From Myxococcales bacterium (GTDB taxonomy: Bacteria; Myxococcota_A; UBA9042): a DNA stretch of 17,444 nucleotides. Both the position numbers and the translations under genes were made by a program. A model generated the notes under the pieces. It made no database searches, was not told the origin of the DNA, and worked only from the letters and a program-made list of their open reading frames with translations. The stretch spans positions 1 to 17,444 of the forward strand of contig JBBISH010000125.1 of assembly GCA_037441385.1 (NCBI GenBank), written 5' to 3'. Position 1 is the stretch's first letter; each line of letters opens with the position of its first letter. Of the stretch, positions 1 to 11,192 are shown one piece after another.

Positions 1-1137
1 GATCCACACCGACTCGCCGTCCAGACCCGCCGAGACCGCCACGGTCCCGCCTGCGGGCGACGCGTCGATGGCGTTGTCCAGCAGGTTTTGTACCGCTTCG
101 CGGATGCGCACGGCGTCGATCGCCAGGTCGGGCAGGGTCCCCACCGTCAGCTGCAGCGTGATCCCATGCTCGTGGGCGTGCGGCTGCACTTGTTGGATAC
201 ACTCGTGCAACAGCGCGCCGACCGGCGTGGCGTGGCGAGTGGTGGCCTCGGTGCGGGTCAACGTCAACAGCCGCTGCGTGACCTGATCGATGCGTTGCAG
301 CGCGTCGCGGAGCAGTGGCAACAGGTCGGCGTTGTCGCGCAGCGGCGCGTCGGGAGTCTGCGCCAGGATGTCGACGCAATTCAGCGCCCCGTGCAGCGGG
401 TTGCGCACGCTGTGGGCCACGCCCGCCGAGATGGCGCCAATGCGCGCCAGCTTTTCGTTGTTGCGGGCCAGCAGCTCTTGGGCCTGACGCTCGCGCTCGG
501 TCGCCTGCTGGCGCGCGCGCAGCGTCCCGGTCAGGTAGACCACGCCCGCCAGCATCGCCCAATGGGCCAGCAGGTACAGCACACCTTGCGGCAGGGTCTC
601 GACCTCGTGGTGGGCCTCGCCCTCAAAGGCCAGGCGCAGCGGGTGGAATTCCAGCCAACCCAGCACGGGCCCAAGCACCAGCAGTCCGTGCGCCAGGCCG
701 CTGAGCAACGCCACGAACCCGGCACTCCGACGCGGCAGCAGGGTCGCGGCGATCGCGACGTGCAGGGCGAACAGGCTGTCGAACGGGTTGTCCACGCCGC
801 CGCCGTAATGGAGCTGGGCGGCCAACGTCAAGACGTCCAGGCTGATTTGCGCGAGCGCCACCTGGTCCAGCTGCCTCGGCGTCCACTGGGCGCCAAAGCG
901 CGCCAGCAGCCACTGCCACAGCCCGTTGGTGACCAAGCCAGTCAAACCGGCCACCGCCAACGGCCCTGGGGCCGCCGACCAGCCCAGCGCGACCACCGTC
1001 GTCGTCACCGCGCACGTCGCGACCGCCGCCAGCCAGCGCAGCCGCGTCAGCCAGCGCAGATCCGTCAAGCTGGCGTGGATCGGCGCCTCGTGCGGACGCG
1101 GAGTACGCTGGGTTTGCGCAAGGCTGATGTACGGCAC
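1..1137 (-). CDS. Membrane-bound sensor histidine kinase, RegB/PrrB-like N-terminal domain (C-terminus runs out of the window)
   Basis: Manual minus-strand translation is open from GTG at 1137 (AGAGG RBS just upstream, in-frame TAG immediately before) to position 1. It shows LRWLTRLRWLA, several hydrophobic TM segments, LHYGGGVDNPF (GGxxNPF, 781-801), H-box GAISAGVAHSVRNPL (His 412-414) and N-box EAVQNLLDNAIDAS. Absent from the ORF track because it has no stop in the window. Confidence 0.9.
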   Translation of the reverse strand, partial: MPYISLAQTQRTPRPHEAPIHASLTDLRWLTRLRWLAAVATCAVTTTVVALGWSAAPGPLAVAGLTGLVTNGLWQWLLARFGAQWTPRQLDQVALAQISLDVLTLAAQLHYGGGVDNPFDSLFALHVAIAATLLPRRSAGFVALLSGLAHGLLVLGPVLGWLEFHPLRLAFEGEAHHEVETLPQGVLYLLAHWAMLAGVVYLTGTLRARQQATERERQAQELLARNNEKLARIGAISAGVAHSVRNPLHGALNCVDILAQTPDAPLRDNADLLPLLRDALQRIDQVTQRLLTLTRTEATTRHATPVGALLHECIQQVQPHAHEHGITLQLTVGTLPDLAIDAVRIREAVQNLLDNAIDASPAGGTVAVSAGLDGESVWI

Positions 1138-1246
1138 CTAGACCTCTGCAGTGCCGCGACAAGGCGACGGCGCTAGGCTAGCATGGACCGGCCTCCGCCG
1201 GGCAGCGGCGGTCACGTCCCGTCGTCCAATCACTCAAGGAACCGCC

Positions 1247-2617
1247 ATGCGCATCTTGCTGGTCGACGACGAACGCATCAGCCGCGTCACCACCGGTCGC
1301 CAACTGGGCCAAGTGGGCTACCAGGTGCAGACGGCCGAGACGGCGGAGCAGGCCCTGCAGCTTTTTGTCGAGCAACCTTGCGACGTGGTCATCACGGACC
1401 TGCGGATGCCAGGCATGGACGGGCTGGAGCTGCTCGCCCAGTTGCGCCGCGAACGGCCCGAAACCGATGTGATCGTCATGACCGCGTACGGCTCCGTCGA
1501 GACGGCGGTGCGGGCGATGCGCGAAGGCGCGGCGGACTACCTGACCAAGCCGTTTCGTTTTGCCGAGCTGCACGAGCGCCTGAACAAGATCGCCGACATG
1601 CGCGGCATCCGGCGAGAACTGAAGAGCCTGCGCCTGCAAATGTTGGCCGGCGCCACTGACGGCGACATGGTCGGCCAGTCGCCCGCGATGCAACAGGTGC
1701 GCGAAAGGCTGCGGCTCTATGCGGACCACGACGCGCCGCTGCTCATCCAAGGCGAAACCGGCACCGGCAAAGAGGTGGTGTCGCGGGCGCTCCACGCGCT
1801 TGGGCCCCGCAATCGGCAGCCGTTCGTTGCGGTGGCCTGTGGCGCGGTACCCCACGAACTGGCCGAAAGTGAGCTGTTCGGTCACGAAAAAGGTTCGTTC
1901 ACGGGCGCCGTCAAGCAGCGGGCGGGCGTGTTCGAGCAGGCCCACGGCGGTACGCTCCTGCTCGACGACGTCGACGACCTCCCGCTCGACATCCAGGTCA
2001 AGCTGCTCCGCGCGCTGCAAGAGCAGGTCATTACGCGCGTGGGCGGCGATCATCCGTTCCGGGTCGACGTGCGGCTGATCGCGACGACCAAGGTGCCCTT
2101 GCGCAATGCCGTGGCGGCGGGGCGCTTTCGCGAAGATGTGTTCTATCGGCTGCGCGGCTTGGAGCTGCGGCTGCCGCCCCTGCGCGAGCGCGGCGACGAC
2201 GTCTTGCTGTTGGCCAAGGCCTTCCTTCGCCAGCAGAGCGAGGCCAAAGGTGCGCCGCTGTTGGTGTTGGCCCGCGCGACCGCCGATCTGCTGCGCGCCT
2301 ACCCGTGGCCGGGGAACGTTCGCGAGCTGCGGCGCGCCATGGAGTCGGCTGCTGTGCTCTGCCCGGGCGATACCGTCCTGCCCGAGCACTTGCCGGACGA
2401 GTTCCGCGACGGCGAGGCGGCCGCGGCGCAGCGCTTCAAGCTCAATCTGGCGGGCGCCGAGCAGTTGCCGTTTCAGGCGATGGTCCACGACTTTGAGGAC
2501 CGCCTCATCGACTGGGCCATGCAGCGTGCCGACGGCCAGCAGGGCAAGGCCGCCGAACTCCTGGGCCTGGCGCGCACTACGCTGCAGAGCAAGCTGGCGC
2601 GGCGCGAGGGTCGGTAG
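1247..2617 (+). CDS. Sigma-54-dependent response regulator (NtrC/AtoC family: REC - AAA+ - Fis-type HTH)
   Basis: MRILLVDDE...DLRMPGMDG...MTAYG...KPF receiver; Walker A GETGTGKE; ESELFGHEKGSFTGA; FREDVFYRL; WPGNVREL; HTH AAELLGLARTTLQSKL. ATG 1247 follows AAGGA and is preferred over the ORF-track start at 1151. Confidence 0.95.
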   Translation: MRILLVDDERISRVTTGRQLGQVGYQVQTAETAEQALQLFVEQPCDVVITDLRMPGMDGLELLAQLRRERPETDVIVMTAYGSVETAVRAMREGAADYLTKPFRFAELHERLNKIADMRGIRRELKSLRLQMLAGATDGDMVGQSPAMQQVRERLRLYADHDAPLLIQGETGTGKEVVSRALHALGPRNRQPFVAVACGAVPHELAESELFGHEKGSFTGAVKQRAGVFEQAHGGTLLLDDVDDLPLDIQVKLLRALQEQVITRVGGDHPFRVDVRLIATTKVPLRNAVAAGRFREDVFYRLRGLELRLPPLRERGDDVLLLAKAFLRQQSEAKGAPLLVLARATADLLRAYPWPGNVRELRRAMESAAVLCPGDTVLPEHLPDEFRDGEAAAAQRFKLNLAGAEQLPFQAMVHDFEDRLIDWAMQRADGQQGKAAELLGLARTTLQSKLARREGR

Positions 2618-2656
2618 CGACCAAGCTTGGCTCAAGCCGGGCCGTCGCGGCGCAAA

Positions 2657-4120
2657 TCAAAACTCCGCATGCACCCGCGCCCCCACCAGCTCGACCGGCC
2701 CGCGGTCCGCGTTGAACGCCGGGTGCACGATGTGCTGCAGGTCGAGCGACAGCCACAGCGACCGCAAAATCGCTGCGCTGTAGAACACTTCGTAGACCTG
2801 CTCGCTGGCCTGCCGCAGGTCGCCGTCGCCGATGAAGCCGTCGACGCCGCCCAAGCGCAGGTAGTTGGCGTGCGCCGCCGAGATCCAGCCAAAGGCCGCG
2901 CCGGCACCGGTCAGGTCGCCTGGGCGCCCCCACGCCGAGCCGCCGGCCAGAATGCCCAGAGACAGCGAGCGGTCGGTCGAGGTGTAGGCATAGACTTCGC
3001 TCTGGCCGTCCGAGATCATGCCGCGCAGAAAAACGCCCGTGTCGTCCGTCAGGTGCTGCTCCAGGTTCACGCCTACGCCGTACTTGTTGTTTGGCTTGCG
3101 CGCCCAGCAGAGGTCGGGAGCGGTGCTGTTCGCCGAGCCATAGTTGAACCCAGGGCATTGAGTGGCGTTTTTGTCGGGATTGCTCAGCAGGGCCTGCACC
3201 GCGTCGTCGAATCGGCCGGTGTTCAAGTGGTTGCGATAGGCGAGCAGGCGCACGGCACCGGCGCGGCCGGCCAGGGTGTGGTCGTGCTGCAGCTCGATTT
3301 GGTCGCCGTAGTAGGTGCCCAGGCGCAGATCCAAGTCCAACTGGTTGGGGTGGGTGGGCGGCGCCATGCGGCTGATGCGCAGCGCCCAATCGTCCCAGTA
3401 CAGCTCCGCGGCCCCGCCCCACGAGTAGCCGCGCGCGTCCGAGGTGAAGTCGTAGGCGGCGTGCGTCATGAAGGCCATGTTGAAGAACTGCCGCCGCAAA
3501 TCGCCGGCGAACGTGTTCTTGTCAAACAGGTCCAGCGTACTGAAGTTGCCGAGCGTGACGACCACCCGGCGTTTGCCCGTCTCGGCCGCCAGCTGCATGG
3601 GATCCGAGGTCTTCTGCAGCCGCTCGCCGCCCAGGTCGATGGTCTGACGCAAGAACGCGCGCGCCCGATACAGCTGCGGCACTTCGGCGCCGGTCTTTTG
3701 CAGCTCCCAGATCTGCACGGCGCCGCCCAAGCCGCGCAGCTGCGACAAGGGGCGCTCGGCGATCACCTCGGGCACCAGGTAGGCCTCGCCGCCGGGCCAG
3801 AGGCGCACCGCACCGAACAGCGTAAAGGTGCTCGCAAAGCTCCGCTCGGCCGTGGGCAACAGCGAGTTGATGCTGCCGCCGCGGTTGGTATAGGCCGCGC
3901 GAAAGCCCGGTTTCCACACCGAAGCGTAGGTGAACTGGCCGTACAAGTTCCAATTTTCATTGTGGATATCGTGCCACCCGCGTTCCGACATCCAGTTCAT
4001 CAGGTCAAACTGGTCGTCTGCACGGGGCGCCGCCAATCCGACTTGGGCCCAGGCGGGTGGCGCGACCAGCCCCAGCGCCAGGGTCAGAAGCCAGCACAGC
4101 CGCACCCGTGCATTGCCCAT
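2657..4120 (-). CDS. Outer-membrane carbohydrate porin (OprB family), MnoP-like (high-affinity Mn2+ porin) subtype
   Basis: Signal peptide ending AWA-Q; motifs ARAFLRQTIDLGGE, GNFSTLDLFDKN, QFFNMAF..AAYDFTSDARGYSWG, EQVYEVFYS, PAFNADRGPV; C-terminal Phe (HAEF) typical of beta-barrels. Start may be 4141, 4132 or 4120. Confidence 0.8.
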   Translation of the reverse strand: MGNARVRLCWLLTLALGLVAPPAWAQVGLAAPRADDQFDLMNWMSERGWHDIHNENWNLYGQFTYASVWKPGFRAAYTNRGGSINSLLPTAERSFASTFTLFGAVRLWPGGEAYLVPEVIAERPLSQLRGLGGAVQIWELQKTGAEVPQLYRARAFLRQTIDLGGERLQKTSDPMQLAAETGKRRVVVTLGNFSTLDLFDKNTFAGDLRRQFFNMAFMTHAAYDFTSDARGYSWGGAAELYWDDWALRISRMAPPTHPNQLDLDLRLGTYYGDQIELQHDHTLAGRAGAVRLLAYRNHLNTGRFDDAVQALLSNPDKNATQCPGFNYGSANSTAPDLCWARKPNNKYGVGVNLEQHLTDDTGVFLRGMISDGQSEVYAYTSTDRSLSLGILAGGSAWGRPGDLTGAGAAFGWISAAHANYLRLGGVDGFIGDGDLRQASEQVYEVFYSAAILRSLWLSLDLQHIVHPAFNADRGPVELVGARVHAEF

Positions 4121-4188
4121 GAACTTCCCCATTGCGCACACTCACCCCAGTTCCACGCCATCGGCAACGCCAATCGCAGCCCGATCCT

Positions 4189-4247
4189 GGGTACGAACAG
4201 GCCTCTGCGCCTGCGACCGGTCGCGGGCCTTGGGCCCGCTCGTACCC
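4189..4247 (-). other. Long inverted repeat / RNA stem upstream of the porin gene
   Basis: On the minus strand GGGTACGAGCGGGCC pairs with GGCCTGTTCGTACCC (15 bp, two G-U pairs) and encloses the perfect palindrome GCGACCGGTCGC (4213-4224). Confidence 0.55.
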
Positions 4248-4335
4248 GACCCATGGTTCTGCCGCGACCCTCGCACCCACGGAATTCCGCGGCGGTACCG
4301 GAAGCGGTCCGCTCCGGTGTCGGCAAGATGTGCAG

Positions 4336-5190
4336 CTACTGCCCCAACCCCGTCTTGACCTTGACGCCCTGCACAATCCACGCGCGGTACCGTTCGGCCA
4401 CGGCCGAGTCGCGGTCGGCCAGGTCGCGCAGCAGGCTCTCGCGCGCCTTGTCGGCGTTGCCGCCCGCCTGGCCCAAGGCGGTTTGCCACTCGGCTTGCGC
4501 GGCCTCTAGCTCTTGATCCAGCGACGCTTCGCTTTTCAGTTGGCCAAGCGGCACGCGCCGCCCCTGCAGCAGCAGGTCGCCGGGCTGCAGCCCCAACCCC
4601 TCGGCCACGCGGGCCTGCGTCCGGGTCCACTGGCGCACGTCCGCGTTGGCGGCCTCTCGCTCCAGCAGTCGCTCGTCGCGCGGGTCACCGTTGGCCAGCG
4701 CTGCCAAGCTCTGCGCAGTCACAGGCACCTTCACGCGCCCTTCGCTCAGCGGTGGCTCCAACCAGTCGCGATGATCCAAGGCGCCCAACCGATCCAACAG
4801 TTGTGGGTCGAACTCGGGTGGTGGCGCCAACAGCCGCACCAGCCGGGTCTGACCCACCAGCGAACTTGGCTGTTCGCTGCGGGCCAGCAGCCAACCCACC
4901 AGCTTGGTCGACGGTTCCGACGTGGGATCCCACGCCACCACCACCGGCAGCCGTCCGCGATCCTTGCCCTCGCTGGGCAGCAGCGGCACTCGCTGGCGCG
5001 CCTGCTCGGCCCACTCGGGATGGCCGGCGGCCAAATCGGCGCTGAGGGGAATCCAGTTGCTCAGCAGCCAGTTCGCGCACGCCGCCCCACCCGCCAGCAG
5101 GGCAAGACCCACGGCAAACCGCACCATGAACAGTACCGTAGCCGGTAGCTTGCTGGGCGTCGCGGTCGGTGCGGCGATGGGCTGCTCCAT
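4336..5190 (-). CDS. Membrane-anchored hypothetical protein, possibly a degenerate DsbA/thioredoxin fold without CxxC
   Basis: ATG directly abuts the upstream stop (5191/5190). One N-terminal hydrophobic segment. VVVAWDPTSEPS and AEGLGLQPGDLLLQGRRV...LDQEL echo DsbA-family IVEFSDFQCPFC and A..LGV.GTP.F.INGR...IDEEL. The CDS call is more certain than the fold. Confidence 0.65.
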   Translation of the reverse strand: MEQPIAAPTATPSKLPATVLFMVRFAVGLALLAGGAACANWLLSNWIPLSADLAAGHPEWAEQARQRVPLLPSEGKDRGRLPVVVAWDPTSEPSTKLVGWLLARSEQPSSLVGQTRLVRLLAPPPEFDPQLLDRLGALDHRDWLEPPLSEGRVKVPVTAQSLAALANGDPRDERLLEREAANADVRQWTRTQARVAEGLGLQPGDLLLQGRRVPLGQLKSEASLDQELEAAQAEWQTALGQAGGNADKARESLLRDLADRDSAVAERYRAWIVQGVKVKTGLGQ

Positions 5191-5916
5191 CTAGTCGCTC
5201 CCCAGGTGCGCGGGCACTTGCAGCCCCACCGCACCCAAGAACGGCGACAAGTCCGCCGGCACGGCCGCCTCGATCGCCAGGGGCTGCCCAGTCACGGGGT
5301 GCTGCAGCTCCAGGCGCCACGCGTGCAAGGCCATGCGCTGCAGGCCGGTGCGCGACATCAGGTCGCGATTGAATTTGCGATCACCCCACTCCATGTCGCC
5401 CACGATGGGGAAGCAGGCATGGTTGGCGTGCTGCCGCGCCTGCCGCCAGCGGCCGGTGTGCAGGGTCAACTCGACCAAAGTGCAGCGTTCGGTTGCACTT
5501 ACTTGCAGTGGCCGAATGCTGGTCTGCGCCGGGCTCCGCTCCCCGGCCGGCTCGCGCACCGGGTGATCGATGTGTAGCGGCGTCTCTAGCCGACCGCGCA
5601 AGACCGCCAGGTAGCGCTTTTGGCCTTGATCCAGCGCCGCCTGCCAGATCGCGGCTTGATCGGCGCTGCGCGCAGCCAACACCAAGCCGCTGGTGCCGCG
5701 GTCCAACCGATGCAACAGTGCGACTTTGTGACCCAACAACGCCTGCGCCGCCTGCACCAGCGTCCACTCGCGCGGCCCCGAAAATGCAGAGTTGTGCGCC
5801 AACAGCCCGGCCGGCTTGTCCAGCGCGACCGCGTGCTCGTCGCTCCAGCAGATCTGCACGGGCGCCACGTCGCCGGGGCCGCGCACGCGCAGGTTGCCAT
5901 ACTGGTCGCGATGCAT
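5191..5916 (-). CDS. RluA/TruC-family RNA pseudouridine synthase
   Basis: Motif I ALDKPAGLLAH; catalytic motif II HRLDRGTSGL; KRYLAVLRG; TGR..Q.R.H; PIVGD; ALHAWRLEL.HP.TG. Confidence 0.92.
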   Translation of the reverse strand: MHRDQYGNLRVRGPGDVAPVQICWSDEHAVALDKPAGLLAHNSAFSGPREWTLVQAAQALLGHKVALLHRLDRGTSGLVLAARSADQAAIWQAALDQGQKRYLAVLRGRLETPLHIDHPVREPAGERSPAQTSIRPLQVSATERCTLVELTLHTGRWRQARQHANHACFPIVGDMEWGDRKFNRDLMSRTGLQRMALHAWRLELQHPVTGQPLAIEAAVPADLSPFLGAVGLQVPAHLGSD

Positions 5917-5922
5917 GGGGAT

Positions 5923-8463
<2,541 letters not shown>

Positions 8464-10257
8464 CTACTGGAATAGAAGATGGTTTCGCGGCGAGACCTGC
8501 ATCTGCACGGCCGCCCAGCGAGCGCAAAAGTGTAACGGATTCGCGCGGAAAAAGCCACCCTTTGCTGGCGTGGAACCGCCTACATGTTCGGGCAAAACAT
8601 CGACATGTAGGGCTCTTTGGACCAGATGCACAGCTGGGTCCCCAAGGTGGTGCTGCTGCAGCACGAGCCGGGGCAGTCCTGGTTCTTCTTGCAGGGCATG
8701 TCGCAGTGGGTGATGAGCGACGGGTAGTACGGCGGCTTGGGGTTGGGATAGGTGATGCACTCGCCGCTGCCGTTCTTGCCGCATTTGTAGGGTTCGGCGT
8801 CAGTGCCCCAATACTCTGTAGTTCCGCAGCATTCGGCCTTGTAGGTATCGGTCAAGCAGTGCTTGGTGGCAAAGCTCATGTGGCAGCAGGTACTTGGGCA
8901 GTCGGCGCCGCTATTGCACGGCTTGGCGCAGAAGGGCACCAGGGTATCGGGGTAGACGATGCAGACCTCGCCCTCGGCGCAGTTCTTGCCGCCGCAGCAG
9001 TTGGGGATGTTGTCGTGGACGCAGCCCGTCTGGGTGCAGCTGTCCTTGGTGCAGGCAAAGCCGTCGTCGCAGAAGCTGGCGTCGCCTTTGTGCAAGCAGC
9101 CGCCGCTCAGCGGGTTGCACGAGTCAGCGGTGCACGCGATGCCGTCGTCGCAGGCGTTGGCGGCCCCACCGACGCAGCTGCCACCCTGGCAGAAGTCGCC
9201 GACCGTGCAGGCGTTGCCGTCGTTGCAGGCGCCCACGTGCGGGGCGTGTTGGCAGCCGGCGGTTTGGCTGCAGCTGTCGTCGGTGCAGGCGTTCTGATCG
9301 TCGCAGTTCAGGCTGACGCCGCCTGTGCACACGCCGGTTTTGCAGCTCTCGCCCTGGGTGCAGGCGGTGCCGTCGTCGCAGGCGCCGTTGCTCGCGACGT
9401 GCTGGCAACCGCCAGCGCTGCTGCACGAGTCCACCGTGCACGGGTTGCCGTCGCTGCAGCCGATCTGGCCGCCGTTCTTGCACGCGCCGCCGCTGCAGAA
9501 CTCGCCGCTGGTGCACACCAGGCCGTCGTCGCACGCTGCGCCGTCTTGGGGCGAGTGCACGCAACCGCTCAGCGGCGCACAGCTATCGCCGGTGCACGGA
9601 TTCTTGTCGTCGCAGTTGACTGGCTTGCCGGTGCACACGCCGGCCTGGCAAACGTCGCCCTGGGTGCAAGCAGTGCCGTCTTCGCACGCCATGCCCACCG
9701 GCATCGCCGTGGTTTGGCACATGCCGATGATGGCGTTGCAGCTGTCGAGCGTGCAGGCGTTGCCGTCGTCGCACAGCTTGGGCGGGCCGGCCTTGCAGAC
9801 CTCGCCCTGGCAAAAGTCGGGGCCGTTGCAGCCGTTGCCGTCGTCGCACGGGGCGCCGGACTGCTGCGTCGAGCTGCACTGGCCCGTGATCGGGTTGCAC
9901 AGGTCTACGGTGCAGGGCTTGCCGTCGGTGCAAATCTTGGCGGGGCCGGCCACGCAGCCCGCGGCGGTGCAGCTGTCCAGAGTGCATGCGCTGCCATCGG
10001 CGTCGCACGGCAGACCGCTTTGGACCAGGTGCGTGCAGCCGCCAAGCTGGGGTTTGCACGCGTCGAAGGTGCATGCGTTGCCGTCGTCGCAGGCCAGTTC
10101 GTCCGTCTGGCCGTTGCAGTCGTCGTCCTGGCCGTTGCAGGTCTCTGGCTTGGGGCCCACAACCTGGCATGGCGTCTTGCAGACCGGACCGGTAGGCGAG
10201 TCGATGCAGAGCAGTCCGGGAGGGCATACGCCGCCGTTGGCGCACGAGATCGGCTGG

Positions 10258-10630
10258 GTGTCGGGGACCGTGTCCGCGACCGTGTCCGGAACCGCGTCCG
10301 GCGCCGTGTCTGGGGCGATATCCGGAGCCGCATCTGGGGCTGTGTCCGGGGCCGTGTCCGGAACCGCGTCCGGATCCGTATCTGGAACTGTATCCGGAAC
10401 CGTATCCGGGGTCGTGTCTAGTATCGTGTCTGGATCAGGACTTACGTCGGGTCCCGGATCGGGTTCCGGTCCCGGATCCGGTCCAAGATCCAGCTCAGGC
10501 CCAGTGTCGAGGCCCGGCCCAGTGTCGAGGCCCGGCCCAGTGTCCGGACCCGGTTCAGTGTCCAGGCCGGGTCCAATGTCCGGACCCGGTCCAAGATCCA
10601 GGCCCGGCCCAAGATCCAGGCCCGGTCCCG
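10258..10630. repeat. In-frame 12-bp (PDTV/PDAA) and 18-bp (GPGLDT/L) imperfect tandem repeats encoding a Pro/Asp-rich linker
   Basis: CCAGTGTCGAGGCCCGGC occurs twice at 10501-10536; CCAAGATCCAGGCCCGG(C/T) twice at 10591-10626; PDx(V/A) units at ~10258-10435. Confidence 0.9.
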
Positions 10631-10759
10631 TGTCCACCGCATCGAATTGGAGGCCGTCCCACAGCGGCGGCAGATCCGGGCCGTCCCCATCGGGAAGCGC
10701 CTCGCCGTCTGGCCCGACCAATTGGTCCACGGGCTGCGTATCGGGCTGCAGCGGCACGT

Positions 10760-10977
10760 CCGGCTGGCCATCCGCGCCGGTCCCATCCGGGCCGGCCAGA
10801 ACATCGGGGGTCGCCACGTTGCCGGCATCGTAGGGCAAAGGGCCCACCGGGGTCAGGGTCGCGGTGCCGGCTGGCCATCCGCGCCGGTCCCATCCGGGCC
10901 GGCCAGAACATCGGGGGTCGCCACGTTGCCGGCATCGTAGGGCAAAGGGCCCACCGGGGTCAGGGTCGCGGTGCCGG
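10760..10977. repeat. Exact 107-bp tandem duplication bounded by CCGG microhomology
   Basis: 10760-10866 is identical to 10867-10973; CCGG occurs at 10760, 10867 and 10974; flanking bases differ. Confidence 0.97.
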
Positions 10978-11125
10978 TAAGGACGTCTGAGCAGGCCGCC
11001 AGCAGGGCGGCACAGCCGACCGCGGCAAGCAGCAATTTCAGACCTGGGTGACGAACTTGCTTTTGCTGCATGGCCATGTGCGCGGGCTGGGCGCCATGTC
11101 GGAAGAAATGTAAACCGACGCAAAC

Positions 11126-11154
11126 AGCCTAGCGATCTGGCGAGCGCGGCGCAA
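11126..11154 (-). promoter_or_regulatory. Putative sigma-70-type promoter of the Cys-rich lipoprotein gene
   Basis: TTGCGC-N17-TAGGCT on the minus strand, preceded by the AT-rich tract ATATTCATACAAAAATT (UP-element-like), about 50 nt before the ATG. Confidence 0.5.
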
Positions 11155-11192
11155 GCAAGGAATTTTTGTATGAATATCAGGGTATTCGCGGT

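Larger units (their letters stand above)
8580..11077 (-). pseudogene. Cys-rich repeat lipoprotein (lipobox, Pro/Asp-rich linker, MopE-like motif, CTxDxC repeats), frameshifted by a 107-bp tandem duplication
   Basis: ORF 10853..11077 has the signal peptide and lipobox LLAA-C (Cys codon 10991-10993) but stops at 74 aa. The body lies in another frame ending at 8580. Removing one 107-bp unit gives 2391 nt = 796 aa in a single frame. The body has ETCNGQDDDCNGQTDE and more than a dozen CDDGNxCTxDxC-type units. Confidence 0.85.

Noticed and set aside
88..1176. Plus-strand 362-aa ORF and minus-strand ORF 623..1162
   Set aside because: Antisense and off-frame shadows of the kinase gene, with no recognisable motifs.
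4142..4335. yybP-ykoY (Mn) or NiCo riboswitch upstream of the porin
   Set aside because: I could not find their conserved junction sequences by eye; kept only as an unassigned hairpin.
5426..5460. Pseudouridine synthase motif III variant GRWRQARQH suggesting an inactive enzyme
   Set aside because: The catalytic HRLD Asp and other motifs are intact, and this motif tolerates variation.
8529..8569. Terminator (GCCAGC-AAAG-GGTGGC-TTTTT) and TACACT -10 box upstream of gyrB
   Set aside because: Short stem with a mismatch and a poor -35 match; too weak to call.
10760..10977. DGR template/variable repeat pair or IS target-site duplication
   Set aside because: Copies are identical (no adenine-specific differences) and directly adjacent; no reverse transcriptase or transposase in the window.
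10870..11123. ORF-track N-terminus of 8580..11123 (TTG start, MRRFTFLPTW...)
   Set aside because: It reads the signal-peptide region and first duplicated unit out of frame; the lipobox-bearing N-terminus is in ORF 10853..11077.
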